A stretch of 64,000 bases of DNA from an uncultured Anaerolineales bacterium (lineage in GTDB: Bacteria > Chloroflexota > Anaerolineae > Anaerolineales > Villigracilaceae): the NCBI GenBank assembly GCA_937960595.1, contig CALGPL010000038.1, positions 107 to 64,106 of the forward strand, read 5' to 3'. The notes under the pieces are model-generated. The model was not told the origin of the DNA and searched no databases. It saw only the letters and a list, made by a program, of their open reading frames with translations. Positions 22,070-31,500 of the stretch are shown here, piece after piece (the first letter of the stretch is position 1; each line of letters opens with the position of its first letter). Made by a program: the position numbers and the translations under genes.

Positions 22070-22109
22070 CCCTTCCCGCAGGGGATCAGCCTGCGGGAGG
22101 GGTTTCGTT
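22070..22109 (+). terminator. Rho-independent terminator after the PAP2 gene (also serves the convergent SIS gene)
   Basis: cccttcccgcagg-ggatcag-cctgcgggagggg is followed by tttcgttt. Confidence 0.65.
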
Positions 22110-23171
22110 TCAGGGGGCGGCTTTGAGGGCAGCCTTGAATTGCTGCAAGGCCTCCACCGGTGTCGGGTCCGTTTCGTAGGCCATGGCCAGGTAGAAGGCG
22201 GCGTAGTCGCCGAAGTGGAGCGCCGTCCAGAGGTGCGCCAGGGGGGTCTCGCCGCAGGCAGTGTAGACGTCGGTGTTCAGCCCTTCGACCAGGAAGCCCT
22301 GGCGGGTCAGGTCGAGGCGCCGGGCGTTGCGCGGATGGTCGGAGGGGGAGCGCAGGAAGAGGCTGATGGTGCGCGCCAGAGTCTCCTGCGGGTTGAGCAG
22401 GCCGGCCAGGGCGTTGTGATCCGCTTCGGGCAGGACCTCGAAGCCGGCTCCCGCCTTGGCGAGTTCGTTGATCTGCCCCTTCCAGCGGCGCGCCACCGGG
22501 GCCAGCAGCCCGGCGCCATAGACGTTCACCCAGCGCCCGACCAGTTGGCCGGCCAGCCGCTTGGCCGGATTGCGCGCCACCGGCACCTCGGCGCGCAGGT
22601 TTTTCTGCTGTTCCCTCATCGCCGCGACGGCCTCGGCCAGTTCGTCTTCCGGATCGGGGACGAGCCCCAGCCGGGCGAAGGCGGCCAGCAGCAGCCCGAA
22701 GGAGAATCCGACCGCCGCCCGCGGCTGACCGGCGTGGTCGAATTTCCAGACCGGGATGCGGCGTGCCTCGGCGCGTCTTTCCAGTTCGCCGCCCGTGCAG
22801 ACGGCCAGCAGACTGCAGCCGGCCTCCCCGGCGGCTTCAAAGGCGTCGAGCGTCTCTTCGGTGTCGCCAGAGTGCGACGAGGCGATGACCAGCGTGGAGG
22901 GGCCGTCGGCGAAAGCGGGCAGGCCGTAGTCGCGGTGGACCGTCACCGGCAGCGGGCAGGAAGCCAGGGCGTAGGCTGTCAGCAGGTCGGCGCCGATGGC
23001 CGAGCCGCCCATCCCGGCGATGACGATGCGCTGGAGGCTGCCGGTCTCGGGCAGCGGCTGCGAGGCGCCCAGCCTCCAGGCGCGTTCGAGTTGGTCGGGC
23101 AAGGAGTCGATCTCGCCCAGCATGTCCTGGGTATCGATGCGGCGGATGAAGGACAGGTCGTCGAGGTTCAT
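22110..23171 (-). CDS. Bifunctional phosphoglucose/phosphomannose isomerase (SIS domain)
   Basis: MNLDDLSFIRRIDTQDMLGEIDSLPDQLERAW...GMGGSAIGADLL...SHSGDTEET. The start is at M60 of the ORF (cat 23169-23171). Confidence 0.85.
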   Translation of the reverse strand: MNLDDLSFIRRIDTQDMLGEIDSLPDQLERAWRLGASQPLPETGSLQRIVIAGMGGSAIGADLLTAYALASCPLPVTVHRDYGLPAFADGPSTLVIASSHSGDTEETLDAFEAAGEAGCSLLAVCTGGELERRAEARRIPVWKFDHAGQPRAAVGFSFGLLLAAFARLGLVPDPEDELAEAVAAMREQQKNLRAEVPVARNPAKRLAGQLVGRWVNVYGAGLLAPVARRWKGQINELAKAGAGFEVLPEADHNALAGLLNPQETLARTISLFLRSPSDHPRNARRLDLTRQGFLVEGLNTDVYTACGETPLAHLWTALHFGDYAAFYLAMAYETDPTPVEALQQFKAALKAAP

Positions 23172-24031
23172 GGTTCTCCTGGATCTTGATTGCGGGCGGC
23201 CCGCTGGCGTTCTTTCTGGCGAGTAAGGCGGTAGACTTCGCGCCGCTCCCAGCCGCTTTCCTGGGCGAGGCGCTTCGCCAGGGCAGCGGGGGGTTCTCCT
23301 AATTTCAGGCCCATGCGGACGGCCAGCAGGACGTTTTCCCGGCTCCACTTTTGCCTGGCGGTTTTGGTTTTCCCCTCGATGACCAGCGTGAACTCGCCGC
23401 GCGGCTCGTTGTGGGTGAAGTGGGCGATGGCCGCCGAGAGGGCGCCGCGCCAGATTTCTTCGTGGACTTTGGTCAGTTCGCGGGCGACGGCGATCTGCCG
23501 GTCGCCGAGCAGGGCATGCAGATCGTTCAGCGCTGCCAGGAGGCGGTGCGGGGCTTCCAAGAAAACAAGGGTGTAGGGCAGATCACAGACCTGGCCGAGG
23601 AGCGCCTTGCGCTCGCCGGATTTGCGCGGCAGGTAACCGAGGTAGAGGAAGGCGTCGGTGGACAGGCCGGAAGCGGCCAGAGCCGCCAGCGGCGCCGACG
23701 GACCCGGCACCGGCTGGACCTGGTAACCGGCGGCCAGGGCGGCCTTCACCAGTTCGTAGCCGGGGTCGTTAATGGTGGGAGTCCCGGCGTCGGAGACAAG
23801 GGCCACGTCTCCCTCGCTGAGGGCGCTCAGGAGGGCGTCCAATTTGGTCAACTTGTTGTGTTCGAAGTAACTGGTCAGGGGGGTGTGGATATCGAAGTGG
23901 GCGAGCAGTTTGCGGGTGACGCGTGTGTCTTCTGCGGCGATCAGGCGCACCTGGCGCAGAATCCGCACGGCGCGCGGACTCATGTCTTCGAGATTGCCGA
24001 TCGGCGTGGCGACGAGATAGAGAGTGCCCAT
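23168..24031 (-). CDS. rsmI: 16S rRNA (cytidine1402-2-prime-O)-methyltransferase
   Basis: MGTLYLVATPIGNLEDMSPRAVRILRQVRLIAAEDTR...VSDAGTP.I.DPG. Confidence 0.92.
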   Translation of the reverse strand: MGTLYLVATPIGNLEDMSPRAVRILRQVRLIAAEDTRVTRKLLAHFDIHTPLTSYFEHNKLTKLDALLSALSEGDVALVSDAGTPTINDPGYELVKAALAAGYQVQPVPGPSAPLAALAASGLSTDAFLYLGYLPRKSGERKALLGQVCDLPYTLVFLEAPHRLLAALNDLHALLGDRQIAVARELTKVHEEIWRGALSAAIAHFTHNEPRGEFTLVIEGKTKTARQKWSRENVLLAVRMGLKLGEPPAALAKRLAQESGWERREVYRLTRQKERQRAARNQDPGEP

Positions 24032-24046
24032 GACAGTCGCGCCGAG

Positions 24047-24652
24047 TCAGGAATGGTCGGCGAGGATCAATTTCAATTCTTCCAGCGCCGTCTCGGCCTG
24101 CCGGAAGTGGATGGCGTGCATGCCCACGGCGCGGGCGCCCTCGACGTTCTCGATGAAATCGTCCACGAAGACGGCTTCGGCGGGCTGGACGCCCAGGCGC
24201 TCCAGTGCCAGATGGTAGATGGCGGCATCCGGTTTCATCAGGCCGACTTCGGCCGAGATGATCATGGTGTCGAAGACGTCGGCGAAACCCTGGGCGGTGA
24301 TATAGGCTCGCAGGCCAGACCAGGCGTTGCTGATCAGGCCGACCCTGACCTGCGGACGCAGGCCGCGCAGGAAGGCGATCAGGCTGCGGTCGGTCACATC
24401 GCCGCCGAAGAAGGCGTCTGCCACGGTTTGGCGTTCGGTGGGGGGCAGACGCAGGGCGCGCAGGATGGCCTCCCAGTGGACCTGCTCATCGATCAGGCCA
24501 AGGCTGGCCTGGCGGGCGGTTTCGCTTTCGAAGACGATCCGCACCAGGTCTTCGTATTCCAGGCCCAGGCGGTCGGCCAGGTGCTGGCGCGGTCCCTGGA
24601 ATTCGGTGCGGACGAGAACGCCGCCGAAGTCGAAGTAAACGGCCCGGATCAT
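24047..24652 (-). CDS. HAD-superfamily hydrolase (subfamily IA)
   Basis: MIRAVYFDFGGVL carries the DxG-type motif I variant. LISNA and KPD..IY....LGV.P.EAVFVDD are also present. The start is at cat 24650-24652. Confidence 0.85.
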   Translation of the reverse strand: MIRAVYFDFGGVLVRTEFQGPRQHLADRLGLEYEDLVRIVFESETARQASLGLIDEQVHWEAILRALRLPPTERQTVADAFFGGDVTDRSLIAFLRGLRPQVRVGLISNAWSGLRAYITAQGFADVFDTMIISAEVGLMKPDAAIYHLALERLGVQPAEAVFVDDFIENVEGARAVGMHAIHFRQAETALEELKLILADHS

Positions 24653-25053
24653 GGCTGTTTGGCGCCCGACTTGGTCTTGGCGCCGGTAGTCGCAGCCGGG
24701 GATTTCTTGGCCGGGGCGCTCGCTTTTTCTTGTGGGGCGGCGCCGGGCTTCTTGGCGGGGGCGCTTCCTTTTTCCTTGGAGGCCGCGGCTGGTTTTTGCG
24801 CCGCGGCCGGGGCGGGGGTTTTCGCTTCCGGGGCTTGGGCGGCGGCTTGTTTGGCCAGGGCTTTCAGGTCGGATTTCCAGTTCGGGTAGGCCAGTTCCAG
24901 TTTGAGGCGCTCGACGCGGTTGGCGCGGCGGCACTTCGGACAGTGGGCGTCGTAGTACTTCAATTTTTGCTCTTCCAAGTGTTCCAGGGCGGCGAGCATC
25001 TCGTCGCGGCTGAGAGCGAACATGGTCTGACAATAGGTGCAGCGCAGTTGCAT
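24649..25053 (-). CDS. Small zinc-ribbon protein with an Ala/Pro/Lys-rich low-complexity tail
   Basis: MQLRCTYCQTMF...HCPKCRR provides two CxxC pairs, followed by about 75 aa of AAQAPEAKTPAPAAAQKPAAASKEKGSAPAKKPG... Its stop overlaps the HAD start (ATGA). Confidence 0.6.
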   Translation of the reverse strand: MQLRCTYCQTMFALSRDEMLAALEHLEEQKLKYYDAHCPKCRRANRVERLKLELAYPNWKSDLKALAKQAAAQAPEAKTPAPAAAQKPAAASKEKGSAPAKKPGAAPQEKASAPAKKSPAATTGAKTKSGAKQP

Positions 25054-25314
25054 GGCAGGCTCCTTTCGAATGGGAGGCGGACTTTCGTCCTCGCGTCTAT
25101 TTTACCCCAATGCGTAACTGCCTAGCCAGCGCGTAAGAGTCGCTGCCTGATCGCGAAAAACGCCAGACGTGTCCGCAAATTGCTTGCGCGGATCACGCCG
25201 ACTTTTCTCTGGGCGCAATTCGCGGCACAGCGGCGGCTTGTCCCCTCTTTGGCCGCGCGCCCAGGCGGGATGTTGCTGCTTGTTTTCTGGGGGCTGGAGC
25301 AAGGCAGCGGGCGC

Positions 25315-26148
25315 TTACAAATACGTCTCCAACAAACTCCCGACCTCTTCCATATTGAACACCGGCCCATCCACGCAGATCAGTTTTTCGCCCAGGTTGC
25401 AGCGTCCGCATTTGCCCAGGCCGCAGTGCATGCGCGCCTCCAGCGTGACGTAGTTGTTCTGCGGGGCGAAGCCCATCTCGGCCAGCAGGCGGGTGACGTA
25501 GTGAATCATGATCGGCGGGCCGCAGGTGATGCTGACGGCGTTCTCCGGCGAGGGGTCCACCTTCTTGAGCAGGTCGGTGATGAGCCCCACGTTGTGGTCC
25601 CATTTCTTGTCGGGGACGTCCACGGTCAGGTGCAGGCTGGTGTTGGGCGCTTTGCGCCACTCCTCGTACTCATCGGTGAAGACGAGCAGGTCGGGCCGCC
25701 GCGCCGCCCACAGGATGGTCAGCCGCCCGTAGTCGGCGCGGCGGTCGAGGACGTGCTGGATGACCGGGCGCAGCGGCGCGCCGCCGATGCCGCCGCCCAA
25801 CACCACCAGGTTCTTGCCGCGAAACTGCTCCATCGGGAAGCAGTTGCCCAGCGGGCCGCGCACGCCGACCAGGTCGCCCTCGCCCAGTTCGTGCAGGCCG
25901 GTGGTGACGTTGCCCAGCCGGTTGACGGCAAAGTCGAGATAGGGGCCGCGTTCGGGGGCGTTGGCAATCCCAAAGGGCGCCTCGCCCAACCCAAAGGCCG
26001 AGAGGAAGGCAAACTGCCCCGGCTTGCAGTCGCAAAAGGCCTGGCTCCCGCCGTTCAGCAGTTCGACGCGCAGGAGTTTGATTTCGGTCGCCAGGTCTTT
26101 GACGGCCACCAGCCGCCCCAGGTGCGGCATCATGGGATTCTGGTTCAT
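25315..26148 (-). CDS. FAD/NAD(P)-binding [2Fe-2S] oxidoreductase, NfnA / PyrK / AsrB / sulfhydrogenase-gamma-like
   Basis: FAFLSAFGLGEAPF (FAD), VLGGGIGGAPLR (NAD(P)), and a C-terminal CGLGKCGRCNLG cluster motif. Confidence 0.85.
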   Translation of the reverse strand: MNQNPMMPHLGRLVAVKDLATEIKLLRVELLNGGSQAFCDCKPGQFAFLSAFGLGEAPFGIANAPERGPYLDFAVNRLGNVTTGLHELGEGDLVGVRGPLGNCFPMEQFRGKNLVVLGGGIGGAPLRPVIQHVLDRRADYGRLTILWAARRPDLLVFTDEYEEWRKAPNTSLHLTVDVPDKKWDHNVGLITDLLKKVDPSPENAVSITCGPPIMIHYVTRLLAEMGFAPQNNYVTLEARMHCGLGKCGRCNLGEKLICVDGPVFNMEEVGSLLETYL

Positions 26149-27146
26149 GCCGGCCTCCCCAGGTCGCTCAACACTTCGGTGATGTCAATGTTCACCGGGC
26201 AGGACTCCACGCAGCGCCCGCAGCCGGTGCAGGCCGGAGCCTCGCCCAGGTCGTACTGCTGCGGATAGTAATAGAATTTGCAGAAGATGCGGTTGCGCAG
26301 ACGTTCTCCCGCCTGCGCTCGCGGCCGGTGACCGCCCGCCACCAGGCGGTAATTCTCGCCGGTGCAGGCGTCCCAGCAGCGGATGCGCTCGAAGCGCCCG
26401 GCCTCGAGGGCCTCGTCGCGCACGATGAAACAGCGGCAGGTCGGGCAGACGTAGGCGCAGACGCGGCAGGAGAGGCAGCGTTCGGCCACCTGCTGCCAGT
26501 ACTCGTCGTCGAAATGGGACGGCCAAACGGCGCGCGGCGGCAGCGGGAAGACGTTCTCCGAGCGGACAGACGGCGGCGGGACCTCGTCGGTGGGCGTCCA
26601 GCCGGAGGGCAGCAGCGCCGCGCCCCTCTCGCTCACGGCGCGCGCCAGGTAGCCGCTCTCCGTCTCGTAGAGCATCACGTCCATCCCGGTTTCGTCGTCG
26701 GGCGCGCCGCCCATCGAGGTGCAGAAGCAGGTCGGCAGCATCGCGCGGCAGGCCAGGCCGACCAGGACGGTCTGTTCGCGGCGGCGGGCGTAGTAGGGGT
26801 CGGCGGGGGCATGATTCAGGAACAGGGCGTCCAGGGTCAGCAGGCCGCGGGCGTCGCAGGGACGGACGCCAAACAAGACGGCGCGGCCCTCGGGCAGGGT
26901 TTCGGTCAAGGTCACCTCGCCGCCGCGCTTGCGAATTTCGAACAGGCGCTCGGTGGGCGGGAAGAAGAATTCCTTGGCCGAGAGTGTGGGGCGGCCGTAG
27001 TCCCATTCGATCTGGCTGCTGCCGCCGACCGGACGGTAGAGCAGAATGCCGTCCACGTTGCGCGGGGCGAGCAGGGTCATCTCGGCGGCCAGGGCGTCGA
27101 GCCAGGCGGCCAGTTCGGGGCGGGAGATTTTCCAGGCGGCGTTCAT
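26145..27146 (-). CDS. 4Fe-4S dicluster subunit, AsrA / sulfhydrogenase-beta-like
   Basis: CLSCRVCAYVCPTCRCF and CTGCGRCVESCP motifs. The start overlaps the previous stop. Confidence 0.8.
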   Translation of the reverse strand: MNAAWKISRPELAAWLDALAAEMTLLAPRNVDGILLYRPVGGSSQIEWDYGRPTLSAKEFFFPPTERLFEIRKRGGEVTLTETLPEGRAVLFGVRPCDARGLLTLDALFLNHAPADPYYARRREQTVLVGLACRAMLPTCFCTSMGGAPDDETGMDVMLYETESGYLARAVSERGAALLPSGWTPTDEVPPPSVRSENVFPLPPRAVWPSHFDDEYWQQVAERCLSCRVCAYVCPTCRCFIVRDEALEAGRFERIRCWDACTGENYRLVAGGHRPRAQAGERLRNRIFCKFYYYPQQYDLGEAPACTGCGRCVESCPVNIDITEVLSDLGRPA

Positions 27147-27147
27147 C

Positions 27148-28530
27148 CTAGCCCTCCTTGTACTCGCCCGACAGGACGGTCACCACCGGCGAGGGGACGG
27201 CGGCCTGCCCGGCGCGGTGGCCAAAAGCGCGTTCAATCTCCTGCGCCAGTTTCTGATTCAGGAGGCTGATGGGAATGTCCATCGGGCAGGCTTCCTCGCA
27301 CTGGTTGCAGCCCACGCAGCGACCGGCCAGATGATAGGCGCGGCCGAGGTGGAAGGTGCGCTTCTCGTTCAGGCCGATGCCCAGCCCCACCCAGAGCGAG
27401 TCATCGCGCTCGAAGAGACAGGTGGGGCAATCGCACAACGGACAGGCCTGGCGGCAGGCGTAACAACGGATGCAGCGGTCGAACTGCGCCAGCCAGTAGT
27501 CCATCCGTTCGGCAGGAGAGGCAGCCTCCAGCGCGGCAACGCTTTCGGCGACCGGCGACGGTGGACGGTGGGCGGCAGACGGCGGTTCCCCGATGAGCGT
27601 GTCATAGACCACCGGCGTGCGTTCCTCGCAGGCGGCGCAGCGGGCTTGCAGACGGCCGTCTTTATCCCGCACGCCCTCGCAGACGACGCCGATGAGATGC
27701 ACCTTATCGCGCGGGAAGCGGTTCTCGGCCAGCATGACGTTGACCGTGCGGGCGTCGCAGGGCTTGACCACCACCGCCACCGGCTTGGGCGGCTCCTTGC
27801 GGTGGACGGCCATCAGCGCGCCCGATAGGCTGACCTTGTCGGCGATATAGGTCGTCAGGTTGTGGGTGCAGTTCGGGTTCCAGGTGAGACGGCCGACATC
27901 GTCGGCGTCATAGACGAAGGCCGGACGGGTGCGGCCGCGCGGCCCGACCTCGTAGCCGATGACGCAGCCGTATTCGCCGCCGGCCAGCAATTCGCGCGCC
28001 CGGGCCTGGATGGCCTCCGCCTTGGCGGCGCAGTCCACCTCGGCCTGCTCCTCCACCTCGGCCAACTGTTTCTTCAACGCCGCGAGCGGTTCACTCATGG
28101 CCGACGATGGTTCGCTGAGCGCGGAAGACCCGCGCCAGTGGGCCGGGCCCAGCGGACGGACCGTCTCGGCGAATTCGTTGGTGATGCGGGCGAAGCGCTC
28201 GCCCTCCGAGGCCGAGACCCAGTCCAGGCGCAGGCGCTCCGGCTCCAGACCGGCGAAGGCGAGCAGCGACTTCAGGATGGGGATGCGCTTGGCGGCGCGG
28301 TGGTTGCCGGTGTCGTAGTGGCATTCGCCGATGTGACAGCCCAGCACCAGGACGCCGTCGGCGCCGCTGTCGAAGGCGCGCAGAATCAACTCGGGCGAGA
28401 CGCGCCCCGAGCAGGGGACGCGCACCGAGCGGATGTTGGCGGGCGATTTCAGGCGGGCAATGCCGGCCGTGTCGGCGCCGGTGTAGGAACACCAGGTGCA
28501 GAGAAAGGCGACGAGTTTCGGTTCGTACAT
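27148..28530 (-). CDS. MvhD-like domain fused to an Fe-S (FrhB/HydB-like, 2x4Fe-4S) domain
   Basis: The N-terminus MYEPKLVAFLCTWCSYTGADTAG...VRVPCSGRVSPELILRAF..GADGVLVLGCHIGECHY is MvhD/FlxD-like. The C-terminus carries CIRCYACRQACPLCDC and CVGCNQCEEACP. The ATG at 28530 overlaps the TGA of the upstream gene. Confidence 0.82.
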   Translation of the reverse strand: MYEPKLVAFLCTWCSYTGADTAGIARLKSPANIRSVRVPCSGRVSPELILRAFDSGADGVLVLGCHIGECHYDTGNHRAAKRIPILKSLLAFAGLEPERLRLDWVSASEGERFARITNEFAETVRPLGPAHWRGSSALSEPSSAMSEPLAALKKQLAEVEEQAEVDCAAKAEAIQARARELLAGGEYGCVIGYEVGPRGRTRPAFVYDADDVGRLTWNPNCTHNLTTYIADKVSLSGALMAVHRKEPPKPVAVVVKPCDARTVNVMLAENRFPRDKVHLIGVVCEGVRDKDGRLQARCAACEERTPVVYDTLIGEPPSAAHRPPSPVAESVAALEAASPAERMDYWLAQFDRCIRCYACRQACPLCDCPTCLFERDDSLWVGLGIGLNEKRTFHLGRAYHLAGRCVGCNQCEEACPMDIPISLLNQKLAQEIERAFGHRAGQAAVPSPVVTVLSGEYKEG

Positions 28531-31500
28531 CAGGCCACCTCCAGCGGCGCGTCGACCAGGGCGCCGAGCAATTCGGCCACCAGTTCGCGGTCGTTGAAGT
28601 GGACGATGCTCATGGCCTTGTTCGGGCAGGCCCCGGCGCAGGTGCCGCAGCCCTTGCAGACGAAGATATTGACTTTCGCCAGTCCGTCCTGGAGCGTGAT
28701 CGCCCCATACGGACAGGCCGCCGCGCACTGACCGCAGCCGGCGCACTGCAGCGGGTTGACCTCGGCCACGATCGGGTCGAGCAGGATGGCGCCCTGGTCG
28801 AGCAGGGAAAGCGCCGCAGCAGCCGCCGCCCCGGCCTGGGCGACGCTGTCGGGGATGTCTTTCGGCCCCTGGCAGGCGCCTGCCAGGTAGATGCCCTGGG
28901 TGACGGTCTCGACCGGCGCCAGTTTGGGATGCCGCTCGAGGAAGAAGCCGTCGGCGCTGCGGTTGACGCCGAAGAGCGCGGCCAGTTTGGCCGTGTCGGG
29001 CTGCGGCTCGAAGCCGGTCGCCAGGACGACCATGTCCACGTCCACGTGGCTGGGCTGACCGTGGAAGGCCTCGTTCCAGCGGACGCGCAGTTTGGCGCCC
29101 TTCTGCTCGATGGCCTGGATGCGCCCGTGATAGAAGTGGACGCCCATGCCGGCGGCGTGTTTGTAGAACTCCTCATAGCCTTTGCCAAAGGCGCGGATAT
29201 CGCGGTAGATTTCGTGCACTTCCACGCCCAGATACTCGCGCGCCATGTGCGATAGTTTGAGCGAGTACATGCAGCAGACCCGCGAGCAATACTCGTTGTA
29301 GTTGTGGTCGCGGCTGCCCACGCAGTGGACGATGGCGATGGACTTGGGCGGCTTGCCGTTCTTGAGCAGCACCTTGCCCTGAGTCGGCCCGCCGGAGTTG
29401 ATCAGGCGTTCGAATTGCAGGGCGGTCAGGATGTTGTCGAGTTTGCCGTAGTTCAGTTCTGGAACCCGCGCCGGGTCGAAGTCCTTGAAGCCGGTCGCCA
29501 GGATGATCGCCCCGACGGTCAGTTCCACCGTTTCGTCCTGCATGTTGTGGTCAATCGCCCCGCGATCGCAGGCCGCCTCGCACTCCAGGCACTCCGAGCA
29601 GACCCCGCAGCGCAGGCAGCGCGCCGCCTCGGCCAGGGCTTCCTCCTCGGTCATCGTCTGGTCCACTTCGCGGAAGTTGTTTTCGCGTTCCTGCGGCGGC
29701 AGGGTGCGGATGGGGATGCGCCCGGCGCGGCTGACGTCGCCGCCGGCAAACTTGGCCTCGATCTCGGCCGGGGTCAGTTCCGCTTTCGGCGGCAGGACCG
29801 GCTCCGGCACGCCCTCGCCGCCGTTCAGGTAACGGTCCACGCAGCGGGCGACGCGGTGGCCCTCGGCGATGGCGTCCACCACAAAGAAGGTCGTGCCGCG
29901 CCGCAGGTCGCCGGCGGCGAAAACGCCCGGACGGGTGGTCATCATCTCCTCGTTGGCCCACAGGCCGATGGGATAGCGGATGGCGATGCTGCCGTCCTCG
30001 GGCAGGAAGGAGAAATCGGGCCGCTGGCCGAGCGCCCAGATGACCATGTCGCAGGGGATGATGTGTTCGCTGCCGGGGATCTCGCGCACCTGGCGCTGGC
30101 CGTTGACGATGCCGCCCACCTCGGCCTCCAGGCACATCACGCCGACGATTTTATCGTGCTTGACGACGATTTCTTTGAAGACGCGGTTCTTGATGATTTC
30201 CACGCCCTCGGCCTCGGCCTCGTGCAGTTCGTTGAACGAGGCGCGCATGCCGCGGCAGACGATCTTGACCTTGGGCCGGCCAAGGCGGATGGCGGTGCGG
30301 GCCGAGTCGAGGGCCACGTCGCCCGCCCCCAGGACGACGATTTCGCGTCCGCTCAGGTCGAGCGGTTCGCCCAGGCAGGCGCGCCGCAGCAGATCGAGGC
30401 TGAGCCAGTTGTCGGGGTGGTCTGAGCCGGGGATGTTCAATTTCTGGGCGCTGTGCGCGCCGGTGGCGACGACGACCGCATCGTAGCCTTTCTGGAACAG
30501 GCCGGGGATGTCATCGACGCGGGTGTTGAGGCGCAGTTCCACGCCCTCGTCCACGATTTGCTGGACCTCCCAGTCGAGGCGGTCGTAGGGCAGGCGGTGG
30601 GGCGGAATGCCGACCCGCATCATGCCGCCGGCCACCGGCAGGGCGTCGAAGACGGTGACCTTGTGGCCGAGGCGCACCAGGTCGAGGCCGGCGGTCAGGC
30701 CGGCGGGTCCGGCCCCGATGACGGCCACTTTCTTGCCGGTCGGCGGATGGTGGTGCTGGAAGGGCGTCCCGACCAGGGATTTGTCGCGCATGTGCGGCAG
30801 TTCGTCGCGGTGGGCGTAGGCCCAGTCGGCGACGAAACGCTTGAGCGCCATGATGCTGACCGGTTCGTCCACCTGACCGCGCGTGCAGGCCTCTTCACAA
30901 GGATGGTTACACACCCGCCCGCAGATGGACGGGAAGGGATGCTCGCGGCGGATGGCCCAGTAGGCGTCGGCGTAGCGGCGGGCGTGGATGAGGGCGATGT
31001 AGCCCTCGGCGCGCTGGTCGGTGGGGCAGGCCGAGCGGCAGGGGGCCACGCCGCGCTTTTCGATGGCGTAGGCGCCCGGCACGGCCTGCGGGGTGTTGCG
31101 ATAGACGGCCTTGCGCTTGCTCAGCCCGATTTCGAAGGGGTTGATCACCTCCACCGGGCAGACCTCGGCGCACTGTCCGCAGCCCGCGCAGACATCCTCT
31201 TTGACGTAGCGCGCCTTGCGCCGCACGCGCACGTTGTAATTGCCCACGTAACCGGAGACGGCTTCCACCTCGCTGTAGGCGAGCAGGGTGATGTTGGGGT
31301 GGCGCCCGGCGGAGACCATCTTGGGGGTCAGGATGCAGGCGGCGCAGTCCATGGTGGGGAAGGTCTTGTAGAGTTGCCCCATGTGGCCGCCGATGGAGGA
31401 GTCGCGCTCGACCAGATAGACCTGTTTGCCGGCGTCGGCCAGGCGCAGGGAGGCATCAATTCCGGCGATTCCGCCGCCGACCACCAGCACAGACTGAGTC

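Noticed and set aside
24653-25033. N-terminal 126-aa extension of the HAD hydrolase ORF. Analogous upstream extensions occur in other ORFs: 15923 for SOR, 16185 for the OFOR delta subunit, 23348 for the SIS isomerase, 28746 for the MvhD fusion, 38777 for the FGE lipoprotein, 54749 for ygiQ and 58403 for the isomerase.
   Set aside because: The extensions lack homology and are compositionally aberrant. They often overlap the neighbouring gene in another frame. Internal ATG/GTG codons with SD sequences coincide with the start of family homology or of signal peptides.
25315-27146. Whether the AsrA/AsrB-like pair is an anaerobic sulfite reductase that would consume sulfite released by the SuyAB-like lyase.
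   Set aside because: No siroheme AsrC-like catalytic subunit is present. The pair is embedded in the HdrA/MvhD operon, about 30 kb from the sulfosugar-like island. An electron-transfer (NfnA/HydBG-like) role is more parsimonious.
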